A stretch of DNA of 64,000 bases from a virus: the IMG/VR virus record IMGVR_UViG_3300049215_000519, positions 1-64,000 of that record. The stretch is one strand, 5' to 3'. Made by a program: the position numbers and the translations under genes. Below, one piece after another: positions 44,124-52,874 of this stretch. The number at the start of each line of letters is the position of its first letter. The first letter of the stretch is position 1. Below the pieces are notes generated by a model that was given only the letters and a program-made list of their open reading frames with translations, was not told where the DNA came from and ran no database searches.

Positions 44124-44131
44124 AGAGCGAC

Positions 44132-45760
44132 GTGAAGGTCCCTGCGGAACAGGCGGCACTCTGCAAGCTCAGGGTGTCGGTGCTGACGGCCACGGGCAAG
44201 GTCGCCGAGAAGAAGAAGGCCGTCTGGAACTACATCGTCCAGATGGAGACGACGCTGGGAACGCAGTTCATCTGCACCAAACCCGATCGAATCTTGTACG
44301 TCGTGCTCGGGGCGACCAACGAGATCGTGCGGCTGCCACCTCACGGCCGTGGGGGCGAGCGCATCTTCGGCTACCTGTTCGCGATGTACGGTCTCACCGA
44401 GGACGATTCGGTTACGAAGGGTGTCTACGCGGCGATGCGCGCGCACGCGATCAACGAGGGCACGCGCGCTGAACTCCGGCGGTTCTCGGCGTACAACACG
44501 ACCAGCCAGACCGCCTACCTCTCCACATACACCGGCTTCATGTGGAAGCTAGATGGCACCGAGGCGTATTCCAAGGTCTCGCCAGGCGAAGACGAAGTGT
44601 TCTTCATCGACGACGACGGTGGAATCCCCGTCGAGCCTGATATCGGCCCGCACGGACTTCTGATCGAGCATCTGACCAATCTGAACTTCACGACGGCCGG
44701 ACTAGGTGGAATCCCGTCGGAGCTGCAACAGAAGGCGCTCACCGTGTGGCTCTTCGCGCTCGCGTTCCCCGACTTGATGCCGACCAAGCCTCTGCTCATG
44801 GTCGAAGGCGTACAAGGCTCGGGCAAGACGTCGAGCCTACAGCTCATCCAGACCGCACTTCTCGGCAAGCACAAAACGATGTCAATCTCGTCGAGCCAAG
44901 AGGCCGACTTCGGCGTCCTACTCCTGCGTTCGCCGATTGCTTTGCTCGACAACATCGACTCGTATATCGACTGGCTCGCGGACAAGACCTGCCAGTACAC
45001 GACCGACGGCAGCTTCCCCAAGCGCAAGCTCTACTCCGACGACGATGAGGTGTCGATCAAGCCGCATGCGTTCATGGCCGTCGCGACCAAGAATCCCTCG
45101 AGCTTCCGCCGTGAGGACGTAGCTGACCGCTGCGTGATCTTGCGCTTCGACAAGCGCGAGAAGTTCACTCGCCTAGCGCAGCTGTTCGAGGAGACTATTG
45201 ACCTCAGGCCACGCCTGTTCGGCGAGTACATCTACTACGTCAACCGCATCGTCGCCGAGATCCGCGCGGGTGCGTATAGCGAGGACGTCGACGAGTTCCA
45301 TCGCATGGCAGACTTCGCCGCGCTCGCACGCGTCGTCGGCAAGGTGCTCGAGTGGTCGGAGCAAGACGTCTTCGATCTGATGGCCGGCTTACAGGACGAG
45401 CGCAACGCATTCGCTGCCGAGGAAGATCCGCTGAACGAGTTGCTCCACCAGTGGATCGGCTACAAGCCGCGCATGGGGCCGTCAAACATCGGTCGAGAAG
45501 TGACGGTCCACGTGCTCTACGCCGACCTCAACTCGCTCGCGCAGGCGCAGGGCATCACCTGGTACAAGAACTCTAAGGTGCTCTCGCAGAAGCTTCGCTC
45601 GTCACACATCGAGCGCGACTTCATCGTGCAGATGTCCGCGGTCGCGGGCCGCAAGACGTATCGCATCTGGCGCCAAACTGACGCGCAGCTCACCGTCGTT
45701 CCCGACGAGGCCCCACTTCAACTGAAAGGAACAGGTACCGATGAAGCTGACGATCAGTGA
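44132..45760 (+). CDS. P-loop NTPase, VirE / SF3-helicase-like replication protein candidate
   Basis: VEGVQGSGKTSSLQLI (Walker A), IALLDNID (Walker B-like). The family assignment is tentative. Confidence 0.55.
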   Translation: MKVPAEQAALCKLRVSVLTATGKVAEKKKAVWNYIVQMETTLGTQFICTKPDRILYVVLGATNEIVRLPPHGRGGERIFGYLFAMYGLTEDDSVTKGVYAAMRAHAINEGTRAELRRFSAYNTTSQTAYLSTYTGFMWKLDGTEAYSKVSPGEDEVFFIDDDGGIPVEPDIGPHGLLIEHLTNLNFTTAGLGGIPSELQQKALTVWLFALAFPDLMPTKPLLMVEGVQGSGKTSSLQLIQTALLGKHKTMSISSSQEADFGVLLLRSPIALLDNIDSYIDWLADKTCQYTTDGSFPKRKLYSDDDEVSIKPHAFMAVATKNPSSFRREDVADRCVILRFDKREKFTRLAQLFEETIDLRPRLFGEYIYYVNRIVAEIRAGAYSEDVDEFHRMADFAALARVVGKVLEWSEQDVFDLMAGLQDERNAFAAEEDPLNELLHQWIGYKPRMGPSNIGREVTVHVLYADLNSLAQAQGITWYKNSKVLSQKLRSSHIERDFIVQMSAVAGRKTYRIWRQTDAQLTVVPDEAPLQLKGTGTDEADDQ

Positions 45761-45953
45761 CGAGGACGAGGCTGGCAAGACCAGATACTTGTACACCGCG
45801 GCGTGGTACGGCACGAAAGGCGAGCTGAGCGACGAGCAAGCTCACAAGCTGTTCCAGACGCTCGGCTGGAAGAACACGTGGGCCAAGTGGTACCAGCGCG
45901 CCTGGTGGTGGCTCAAGGGCGTCTACCGGCGTGTTGTCAGACCCATCGAGTAA
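45741..45953 (+). CDS. Trp-rich hypothetical protein
   Basis: ORF track entry. Overlaps the upstream gene by 20 nt. Its 3' end contains motif copy 45936..45956. Confidence 0.45.
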   Translation: MKLTISDEDEAGKTRYLYTAAWYGTKGELSDEQAHKLFQTLGWKNTWAKWYQRAWWWLKGVYRRVVRPIE

Positions 45954-45956
45954 AAC
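45936..45956 (+). promoter_or_regulatory. GTCAGACC-N7-TANNNN element
   Basis: GTCAGACCCATCGAGTAAAAC, then 6 nt, then GTG at 45963. Near-identical to the copy at 55917..55937. Confidence 0.45.
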
Positions 45957-45962
45957 TGAAGG

Positions 45963-46550
45963 GTGAAGAAACCGCGGCGCAAGCCCCCCAAGAAGGTTCA
46001 TCCCAAGCAGCCCAAGATCGACGACGATCTCGCCGAGCTGGCGAGCGTACTCGACGAGTACCGACTCGAGCGAAACGCTGATGGCTGGTTCGCGATCCCT
46101 TGGCACGACGGTTGGAATGCGACTGGGCTAGCGATGTCGCTAAGTGACTTCCAAGACGGAGAGGAAGCAGCCGCCCGGTTATTCTTGAAGGTCACATGGG
46201 AAAGTCGACGGAGCGACGCGAGCGTATATTGGGAAGCAGGTAACTTTCTTCAATCGCTAGGTCGCGACATCAACGTCGTGACGTGCGCTGCGCTGCGCTG
46301 CCTCCAGATCACCGTCTCGAACAGCTCAGGTGGAGGCGAGGTCTACAACGCGATCCTGTCACGCGCGCTGACCGAGCTTCCTGTCAACCTCGTCGACGCG
46401 CACATACTCGAGTGGCGCTGTCGAGACGCGATCGGAACGACTGCCCTGCTGCAGGGTGATCTATTCGATCGTCGACGACGGGCCTTCAAGATCGCGTGGG
46501 AGCGTGGGCTCTTCCTCGCAGCCTATGCAATCATGCCGACAAGGATCTGA
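45963..46550 (+). CDS. Hypothetical protein with Lys/Pro-rich N-terminus
   Basis: GTG start lies 6 nt after the motif hexamer. ORF track entry. Confidence 0.55.
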   Translation: MKKPRRKPPKKVHPKQPKIDDDLAELASVLDEYRLERNADGWFAIPWHDGWNATGLAMSLSDFQDGEEAAARLFLKVTWESRRSDASVYWEAGNFLQSLGRDINVVTCAALRCLQITVSNSSGGGEVYNAILSRALTELPVNLVDAHILEWRCRDAIGTTALLQGDLFDRRRRAFKIAWERGLFLAAYAIMPTRI

Positions 46551-46695
46551 TCCATGAGAAAAGTGAAGTGGTACGCAAGGGGCGGTGGCATACAAAGATG
46601 TGGACCGTTCAAGACTCAGGCTGAAGCCACGAGGGCTATGCGCCTCGTTAGAGGTGGATTCCCACCAGATATTTTGTTTGGCCCGAGGAGGATTG

Positions 46696-46983
46696 ATGAA
46701 GTTGTTCAATGTTGTGATCATTCATGACGTCTTCGTCGTCGGTGATAATCCAGAAAAGGCACGTGAGGCGGTGCTCGCGGCGATTCGTGAGGGCACTTCT
46801 CCGACGGAGATGACAGCACTCGAGGCGCGATCGGAGAGCAACATCCGCCAAAGCTGGCGCGAGCAGAAACCGTACGTAGCCGCTGACATCTCCGATGCCG
46901 ACTTCGAGAAGGTGGTTAAGGGTCACACCACCATCGAAATGTTCAAGCAGATCTACACCAAGCAACCCGGAGCCAAGAAATGA
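46696..46983 (+). CDS. Hypothetical protein
   Basis: GGAGG lies 5 nt upstream of the ATG at 46696. In-frame part of ORF 46585..46983. Confidence 0.5.
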   Translation: MKLFNVVIIHDVFVVGDNPEKAREAVLAAIREGTSPTEMTALEARSESNIRQSWREQKPYVAADISDADFEKVVKGHTTIEMFKQIYTKQPGAKK

Positions 46984-47089
46984 AGATCGAGATCAGTAAC
47001 GTGAACTTCGGCCACAGTGGTCACATCACCATCGAGCCCGGTCGCGTGTGGCGCATCGTGCACGCGATCGCGAGGCTGTTCGGTCGCTG

Positions 47090-47350
47090 ATGCCGTTGCC
47101 CGACAACTTCGACGAGATCGTTCACGCGATCGCATGGGCGAATGCGCGGCTGCAATCGGCCTCGAAGGAACCTAACCGTTCCCTGCTCAGGGAGGAGTTG
47201 AGCCGCCTCGCGCGCGCCAACGAGCGCATGCGCACCGCGATCGGTGACTCGTTCAACTCTCTGCCGGAAGCCTTGAAGCTAGAGGTGCGTGTCGTCGAGA
47301 TGGGCTTCAACAAACTTGATCAGAAGCTGAAGGCCAAGAAGACGCCCTGA
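47090..47350 (+). CDS. Hypothetical coiled-coil protein
   Basis: TGATG junction at 47090. In-frame part of ORF 47048..47350. Confidence 0.5.
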   Translation: MPLPDNFDEIVHAIAWANARLQSASKEPNRSLLREELSRLARANERMRTAIGDSFNSLPEALKLEVRVVEMGFNKLDQKLKAKKTP

Positions 47351-47351
47351 T

Positions 47352-47984
47352 CTACATGTTGGACATCTCGGCAACTACCAGCTGATGGGTCCAGACGCCC
47401 GCTGAGCCCGGGTTCACGCTGATGCCGATGATGAGACCCGCAACCGTCGTATCGAAGCCTGCGCTCGTTGCCTGAAGAACCTCAGACGCGATCGTCGCGA
47501 ATCCTGTAGTAGCAAGGTTGTGCACCAAGTTCATCCCACCAGCGAGCACGCCCGCAGCGCCGATGTTGCGCAACACCGCAGAGAATTCGACGAAGCCTGT
47601 ATCGATGGCGGCTGTCTGCGCGCCACCCGTGAACGTCAACCGCGCGGCGTCAGCGACGGTGCCAGTGGTGCCAACACGCACCGTCCATACTGGAGTTGCG
47701 ACGCCCGCAGCCGTCTTCGTCATGATCAGACGCCACTTCAGCGTCGCGCCGGCTTGAAGAAGATGCTGAGGAACGATGAGATTCGAGCCTGCGAGGTACG
47801 TGTCGGCCGCGTTGGCTACGACGTCGACCGTGTTCCAATTGCGGATCACGCCGTCGAGGCTGAACTTGCGGCCGGTGTCGTTGAGTGCGGTCAGCTGCTT
47901 CGTGCTCGAGTCCGGGTATACAAGGAGCTTGCTGGTAGCTGGGGTTGTTCCAACACCCTGCGCATCGAGGAGGATCTCCGCCAT
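47352..47984 (-). CDS. Structural (receptor-binding/tail-fibre-associated?) protein
   Basis: Gly/Thr/Ala-rich beta-type sequence. Last gene of the tail-fibre-like block. Confidence 0.6.
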   Translation of the reverse strand: MAEILLDAQGVGTTPATSKLLVYPDSSTKQLTALNDTGRKFSLDGVIRNWNTVDVVANAADTYLAGSNLIVPQHLLQAGATLKWRLIMTKTAAGVATPVWTVRVGTTGTVADAARLTFTGGAQTAAIDTGFVEFSAVLRNIGAAGVLAGGMNLVHNLATTGFATIASEVLQATSAGFDTTVAGLIIGISVNPGSAGVWTHQLVVAEMSNM

Positions 47985-48193
47985 CAGTTGATCCTGAGGC
48001 AGCTGTCGCCCGCGAGCGTCGCTCGCTGCGAGCTGGTGAGCGTGAGCCGCTTGGCCATGAGCGCGAACTGTCCTGCAGCGAGCGCGAACGAGCCCGGCGC
48101 GTACGATCCGATCGCTGGATCGTCGACGGTGTCTCCTGCTGGCAGCTGCTGTAGCTGCCCGCTGATGACGATGAGAGGAAGCCTAATCGCCAT
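47984..48193 (-). CDS. Short paralogue of the tail-fibre N-terminal module
   Basis: MAIRLPLIVISGQLQQLPAGDTV matches the N-terminus of 48195..48671. The true start at 48193 lies inside track ORF 47984..48277. Confidence 0.5.
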   Translation of the reverse strand: MAIRLPLIVISGQLQQLPAGDTVDDPAIGSYAPGSFALAAGQFALMAKRLTLTSSQRATLAGDSCLRIN

Positions 48194-48194
48194 G

Positions 48195-48671
48195 CTAGAG
48201 GAGGATCGGGGGCATGATGTTGATCTTGAGATCGGTCGCCGACATCGCGATGCCGACCTCGCAGACGTACTGCCCAACAGTCGTTGGAGCTGTCGAGGTC
48301 AGCTTCCCAGAGGTGGCAGGATCGAGGTAGTAGCGGGTCTTGAAGGTGAGACCACCAGATCCGCCGGTGACCGCATCCCACTGCGCCGTGGTCGCGGTCA
48401 GAACGCCGTCGAGAGAGACAGCACCCGCAACACCGTTGGCGATGCTTGGAGACTGCCCCACAAGGCCGACGACGTCCTTAGTACCGGATGCGTTGGCCTG
48501 TGCCTTCTTGAAGCCGCCCGCGGCGTCGTCGTAGACCGGCGCGCAGATGACCACGGGGGTTGCTTCGTCGTTGGTGAGCTGAAATTGCTCGGCCCTGGTA
48601 TCGAGGCTGTCACCAGATTGAAGCTGTTGAACTTGACCGTTGACGATGACGAGAGGTAAGCGAATGGCCAT
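48195..48671 (-). CDS. Tail-fibre-like protein
   Basis: MAIRLPLVIVNGQVQQLQSGDSL N-module. The C-module (AQWDAVTGGSGGLTFKTRYYLDP..GKLT) is shared with 48680..49096. Confidence 0.65.
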   Translation of the reverse strand: MAIRLPLVIVNGQVQQLQSGDSLDTRAEQFQLTNDEATPVVICAPVYDDAAGGFKKAQANASGTKDVVGLVGQSPSIANGVAGAVSLDGVLTATTAQWDAVTGGSGGLTFKTRYYLDPATSGKLTSTAPTTVGQYVCEVGIAMSATDLKINIMPPILL

Positions 48672-48679
48672 GGTGTCTC

Positions 48680-49096
48680 CTACTGGTAGATGTACGGCTG
48701 GATGTGCAACACCAAGACGGTGCTCGAGAGTGCACGACCTATTGCCGTAATGCTGGTTCCAGGAGCACTTGGTGGCGTAGTTGTGATCTTACCAGGTATC
48801 GCGTCTAGGTAGTAGGTGGCCCCATGAACGAGGCCTCCACTACTACCAGTCACCTGATCCCACTGCTCGGTGTAGAGCACCAAGATGCCTTCAGATTTGA
48901 CGATCAACCCGAGCGTCGGGTCAGCTCCAACGACGACGACACCAAGCACCGACGATAGTGCTGCCGAAGCAGCGTTCGCGCGGACTACTCGGTCTGAGAC
49001 CACGTCGGTAGCAACTGGAGTTCCTGCGACCACCCAAAAGGCTTCCCCATTGGCCGCTACAAACGTATCTGGATTGAGGATCGACACCTGAGTCAA
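48680..49096 (-). CDS. Tail-fibre-like protein (shares C-module)
   Basis: EQWDQVTGSSGGLVHGATYYLDAIPGKITT. Confidence 0.65.
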   Translation of the reverse strand: MTQVSILNPDTFVAANGEAFWVVAGTPVATDVVSDRVVRANAASAALSSVLGVVVVGADPTLGLIVKSEGILVLYTEQWDQVTGSSGGLVHGATYYLDAIPGKITTTPPSAPGTSITAIGRALSSTVLVLHIQPYIYQ

Positions 49097-49782
49097 GGAA
49101 TCAACCGAACCAGGACGTAGGACACCCCAAGAAAGGCATCCGGTGATCCTGGCGGCGGAATGGAGCCCGTGTCGATTGGAACACCAACCGTGACTTCAGC
49201 GTCCGTCGTGTCGACGATCAAACCGATCGGTCCTTGCACGTCGGGTGGGAACGTCGCAATGCTAGGGATGTGCATCGAGATCAGTTCGACGCGTTGTATG
49301 ATCGCAGCCGGTGTAACCAACGTGAATGGGATCGTGACGAAGGTTCCGTGGTCGACGACAGGCCCTGACTGAGTCAGACCTTGACCTCGAAAGTTGGTGA
49401 CAGTGTACGTTTGCCCACCTCCACCTGGGAACCCAAACTTGAGGTCGAATGTCATCGCGTCGGTGATCGGAAGATAAGTCAGCCCGAACAGCCCGCTTAC
49501 GAACGGTTGCGGCGCCAGCTGTGTGGTCTGCTGGTTTCCGAACGCGCGCTCGATCGTGTGCCACGACTCGCAGAGCACATCGACCGTCACAGGCACGACC
49601 GCGACGCTCGTCAGCGTGACGTTGGTGTCGTCCGCCGTCATCGTCACGATCCCGGGGATCGACGGCAGCAGAACGTCAGGGATCAGCTTCTTGAAGGTGT
49701 TGTTGAGCCCGTGTGGCAGCGTCTGGGTTCCGCCCGGCTGAATGTTGACGAAGTGCAAGATATTTTTCAGCTGCGACGCCAC
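49093..49782 (-). CDS. Structural protein (tail/baseplate-associated?)
   Basis: GTG start preceded by TAGCCT-N6. ATGA overlap with the downstream gene. Confidence 0.6.
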   Translation of the reverse strand: MASQLKNILHFVNIQPGGTQTLPHGLNNTFKKLIPDVLLPSIPGIVTMTADDTNVTLTSVAVVPVTVDVLCESWHTIERAFGNQQTTQLAPQPFVSGLFGLTYLPITDAMTFDLKFGFPGGGGQTYTVTNFRGQGLTQSGPVVDHGTFVTIPFTLVTPAAIIQRVELISMHIPSIATFPPDVQGPIGLIVDTTDAEVTVGVPIDTGSIPPPGSPDAFLGVSYVLVRLIP

Positions 49783-49823
49783 GACCCAAGGCTACCACTT
49801 CGACGGCGGGTTAAGCTTCGTGC

Positions 49824-50048
49824 ATGAAGATTTTCCTCCTGGTGCCACGCGGAGGCATCGTGCTCGGCGCGCACACTCGAGAGGAACTTGCGATCGTGCA
49901 CGAGCGATGTATGCTCGGGGTCGAAGTCGTCGAGTGCGAGCTGCGTGACACGTTGCCCTCCGTGGTCAGAGATGACCTCACGGAGTTCGACGACGTGGAG
50001 AACACGCCTGTGGTGCCTCTTGAGGACATCGACGATGCTGAGGCGTAA
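49824..50048 (+). CDS. Hypothetical acidic protein
   Basis: TAAGCT-N6-ATG. ORF track entry. Confidence 0.45.
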   Translation: MKIFLLVPRGGIVLGAHTREELAIVHERCMLGVEVVECELRDTLPSVVRDDLTEFDDVENTPVVPLEDIDDAEA

Positions 50049-50253
50049 CCCTAAGCGCGTGCCGCTGAGCTGGTGGCGCTTCGATGATGGCACCGTACGC
50101 GTCGTCTGCTCTCAAGGCCATGCGTCTCTGCTGAGGCACATCGTGCTCGAGGACGGCTCGTTGCGCGCGCCGGCAGGGCAGCTCAGCTCGTGCCACTGTG
50201 GGCACTGCAACGAGGACTTGCCGCTCAAGCTCGAGGGCTGGCTGAGTCCTTGA
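50035..50253 (+). CDS. Hypothetical Cys/His protein
   Basis: ATG at 50035 overlaps the upstream 3' end. Contains SSCHCGHC. Confidence 0.4.
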   Translation: MLRRNPKRVPLSWWRFDDGTVRVVCSQGHASLLRHIVLEDGSLRAPAGQLSSCHCGHCNEDLPLKLEGWLSP

Positions 50254-50532
50254 CCCAACGGTTTTTGTGTTACTGTAGCCAGCCGTACGTTATTCTGGGT
50301 AAAGTAAACGTGCCTCGCGAAGTGCTCGTTTATATCCATATATTTTTTCCCGACGTGGTCTGGAAACCCCATATAAACCTAATTCTTGTATAAACTATAT
50401 ATTATAATCTCTTTATATAAGATCTAAGTTGTATAGAGAAATATAGGCCGTTGGGCCGATCTATATATAGGTATAAACGGGCACTTCCAAATTTAGGGCT
50501 ACGGCTTAGTTGGAGACCCTACAAATTTTAGC
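50254..50532. other. AT-rich non-coding island with TATAAAC and TATATA repeats
   Basis: By far the most AT-rich stretch of the window. TATAAAC at 50372, 50389 and 50472, plus several TATATA/TTTATAT runs. No ORF. Confidence 0.7.
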
Positions 50533-51297
50533 TTGACCGATGGTACCAAGGAGGTTAGATCGGGAACCATGCCAAGAGCCAGAATCCGCGTGACCGCCAT
50601 TTCAGATACCTCGGTGACCCTAAATACTGTGGACGTGCCACGAGAGCTGTGGAACATCCTGGAACAGTGGGGATCCCTTCAGAGATTGAGCGCCAACCAA
50701 TCCTTTTGGATCTTCATGCTCAAGACCCTTACCGCAATCAAGAAGCGGAACCCGGCGTTCGAGGAGATCACGGCCGCATGTCATATGGGCCGCGAGAAAG
50801 CCATGGCGGATGAGGAGGATCGATCTGATCCTCAGGCAGTCAAGGCAAGGGATCTACCGCCGGTAGAATCCTACTACGACCTGCTCGAGACGAACGACAA
50901 GGCTGCGAGCGGATTCGTTGGTGTCTACCAAAACGGCAAAGCGTTCAGGGCGTCAGCCCCAAGGCCTGATGGACGTGGCAGTCGGAACGCGGTGAATGTG
51001 GGTACCTACGAAACCCCAGATCAAGCTGCGTTAGCCCGCCTGCTCTACTACCGGAAGCACAAGCTGATTTACGGTCGGCACGCCTTTGAGATCACAAGGC
51101 ATCAACAGATGCTCCATGAAATGGGTCGGACGGACACAACTTTCGAGGAGGCTCTTGAGTCCTTGAACGAGGCACGTGAGATGCGAGGCCAGGTGCGCAT
51201 CGAGATAGCAGACAACTGGCTTCTGTACATCGGAGAGAGGCCGACAGCGCTACTGGAGTTGCCTAGCGACGACGGCGCCGACGCTGCTTCTTCATGA
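50533..51297 (+). CDS. AP2-domain DNA-binding protein
   Basis: SGFVGVYQNGKAFRASAP.....VNVGTYETPDQAALARLLYY fits the AP2/integrase DNA-binding fold pattern. The start is uncertain (TTG 50533 or ATG 50569). Confidence 0.5.
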   Translation: MTDGTKEVRSGTMPRARIRVTAISDTSVTLNTVDVPRELWNILEQWGSLQRLSANQSFWIFMLKTLTAIKKRNPAFEEITAACHMGREKAMADEEDRSDPQAVKARDLPPVESYYDLLETNDKAASGFVGVYQNGKAFRASAPRPDGRGSRNAVNVGTYETPDQAALARLLYYRKHKLIYGRHAFEITRHQQMLHEMGRTDTTFEEALESLNEAREMRGQVRIEIADNWLLYIGERPTALLELPSDDGADAASS

Positions 51298-51538
51298 AGC
51301 GGTAACCGCCGTAGCCAAGCGCGCCGACGAGCGCGAGCAGGCCGAGCGTCTGCGTGGTCGACAGCGACGAGAGATCACCAAGGCCGGCGACGCCACGCAC
51401 GCAGCCTGCACAGCCGAAGGCGTTGCGCACGGGATGCATGTACGGGACGCCTCCGGTCTGGATCGGCGGCAGGCCAGTCGGCTCGAGGAACGAGCGGGTC
51501 AACGCGTCGGGCGTCATCCCCGTAGAGAGGATCATCAT
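51263..51538 (-). CDS. Tail-anchored protein, GLGD-TM-RRRRRR C-terminus
   Basis: GVAGLGDLSSLSTTQTLGLLALVGALGYGGYRFMKKQRRRRRR. TAGCAT-N6-ATG. The 3' end overlaps the AP2 gene by 35 nt. Confidence 0.6.
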   Translation of the reverse strand: MMILSTGMTPDALTRSFLEPTGLPPIQTGGVPYMHPVRNAFGCAGCVRGVAGLGDLSSLSTTQTLGLLALVGALGYGGYRFMKKQRRRRRR

Positions 51539-51865
51539 GCATGCATGCTAGCACGGGCTATGGATGCATGGATGCTCACCAAGCGCGTTGGACGGCTCGC
51601 CGCCGAATGCCGGGTGGAAGCGACGAGCCGTCTAGGGCCTGGAGGAGTCGTCAGTCTCGGGGCCTTGAATCGATGCTACCTCCGTCGTCGAATGGGTGCA
51701 AGCGTCGCGCGAGAGACGCGGATGATGCGGATGGTGGCTTCGTCGCGACGCATCGGAAACTCTGGGTCGTGCTGCATCAAGCAGTCAACGGGACGTCGAC
51801 ATGGGCATTCGCCAGCCTCGGATCCGCCAAGGCATGTGAGCCTGCAGTACGTGGCCCAGCGGGCT

Positions 51866-52354
51866 CTAGACGCCATCGTCCAGCTGAGAGGAGGTCTCGC
51901 GAGCAAGCTCGTCGTCCGCCGCGCGCGCGAGAGCCGCTGCGTCGACTACCGCGCGCGCGGTCGGCTGGTGAGGCTCGGGAACGTAGCGCTCGGGCTCGTT
52001 CTTACGCTTGACCTCCCACACTTCGCACTCACGTGCGAACTTCTCCATCTCGGATGCCAGCTCGAGGTCATGCGGCGAGCACGTCGGCAGCGCACGTACA
52101 CCCGCGGCGAGTGCGTTGAGTGCGGCGAACGGCCAGCGCTTGTTGACCTCGGGCGAGAGGTTTGCGATCGCGTAGCTGACGATTTCGAGCGCCGCGCGCA
52201 CGGCGTCGTGTAGCTGACGAACCTCGCCATCGTTCGCCTCGAACTTGGCGGCTAAGAGTTCGTCTTGCAGCTTCTTGACCTTCAGGCTCAGCTCGGCGTT
52301 CAGGTCGCGAGTCTGTTGATATTCCTCGAAGGGGAGGGTGACTGTCGCGGGCAT
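51866..52354 (-). CDS. Hypothetical coiled-coil protein
   Basis: ORF track entry. Immediately downstream of 52355..52612. Confidence 0.55.
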   Translation of the reverse strand: MPATVTLPFEEYQQTRDLNAELSLKVKKLQDELLAAKFEANDGEVRQLHDAVRAALEIVSYAIANLSPEVNKRWPFAALNALAAGVRALPTCSPHDLELASEMEKFARECEVWEVKRKNEPERYVPEPHQPTARAVVDAAALARAADDELARETSSQLDDGV

Positions 52355-52612
52355 TCAGACTCCTATGAGCAGTTGTCGTAGTTTGCCGGCCCAGCCGAGG
52401 TCGTATCCCGACGGAGCCACGAAGAACAGGATCGGCAAATAGCGGTCAGTCGGGTTGAAGATGTTCACCATTTCTCGACTGATCGTCGTCACCTGCATCC
52501 CCACCTTGATCAAGGTCAGGACCACCGGAGCCTCCGCTGGCGTCATCGGTGGAGTCACCTTGATCATCAGCGACCGGCCCGGAGGTAGGAAGCTCGTTCG
52601 CAGGTTTCTCAT
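52355..52612 (-). CDS. Hypothetical protein
   Basis: Third-position GC is clearly high in this frame from 52612 downward. The ATG at 52612 forms ATGA with a TGA in the -1 frame of the upstream gene. Confidence 0.5.
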   Translation of the reverse strand: MRNLRTSFLPPGRSLMIKVTPPMTPAEAPVVLTLIKVGMQVTTISREMVNIFNPTDRYLPILFFVAPSGYDLGWAGKLRQLLIGV

Positions 52613-52874
52613 TCCGGGGTTTCTTCTTTGGTTTGAGCTTCTTGCCTGGAGGATTCGACTCCCACTGGTACGGCTCCTTGTCGGCGTCGCCTTGGAAGAC
52701 TCCGCCGATCCGCCGGCCCCGCGTGCGCAGGTACGTGACCTCGAGCCCTAGCAGCTTCGCCGCGGCGTCCTCGTCCCAGTCAGCATAGACCAGAGCATCT
52801 CGCATTAGCTGCCGCTCGTGGCGACGCAGCTGTACGAAGAACGAGGCGTTGGGGTCACCCTTCGCACCCTTCAT
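52446..52874 (-). pseudogene. Fis-type HTH protein gene, probably frameshifted near its 3' end
   Basis: GGAGG lies upstream of the ATG at 52874. LMRDALVYADWDEDAAAKLLGLEVTYLRTRGRRIG is HTH_8-like. After the C4 run (plus 52616-52619) the frame loses GC3 bias. The -1 frame stops at TGA 52609-52611. Confidence 0.5.

Noticed and set aside
46554-46730. 58-aa ORF (MRKVKWYARGGGIQRCGPFKTQAEATRAM...) and 36-aa ORF 46980..47090
   Set aside because: Both are plausible small genes filling gaps. However, the first overlaps the better-supported gene 46696..46983 by 35 nt, and neither has recognisable motifs. They are left unannotated.
47520-48659. 379-aa plus-strand ORF
   Set aside because: It is antisense to four tightly coupled tail-fibre-like genes. 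Its product is Arg/Gly/Ala-rich low-complexity sequence, typical of shadow ORFs in GC-rich DNA, with no start context.
50254-50532. Eukaryote-like TATA-rich promoter region suggesting a high-GC giant virus of eukaryotes
   Set aside because: The rest of the window has GGAGG Shine-Dalgarno sites, pervasive 4-nt start/stop overlaps, lipoboxes and operons. Genome organisation is therefore prokaryotic.
51676-51876. 66-aa Cys-rich minus-strand ORF ending PIRRRR (inside track ORF 51676..51906)
   Set aside because: Not annotated. It has a moderate GC3 signal, no SD and an unusual 11-nt overlap with the upstream stop. It remains a possible additional member of the Arg-tail set that needs expression data.
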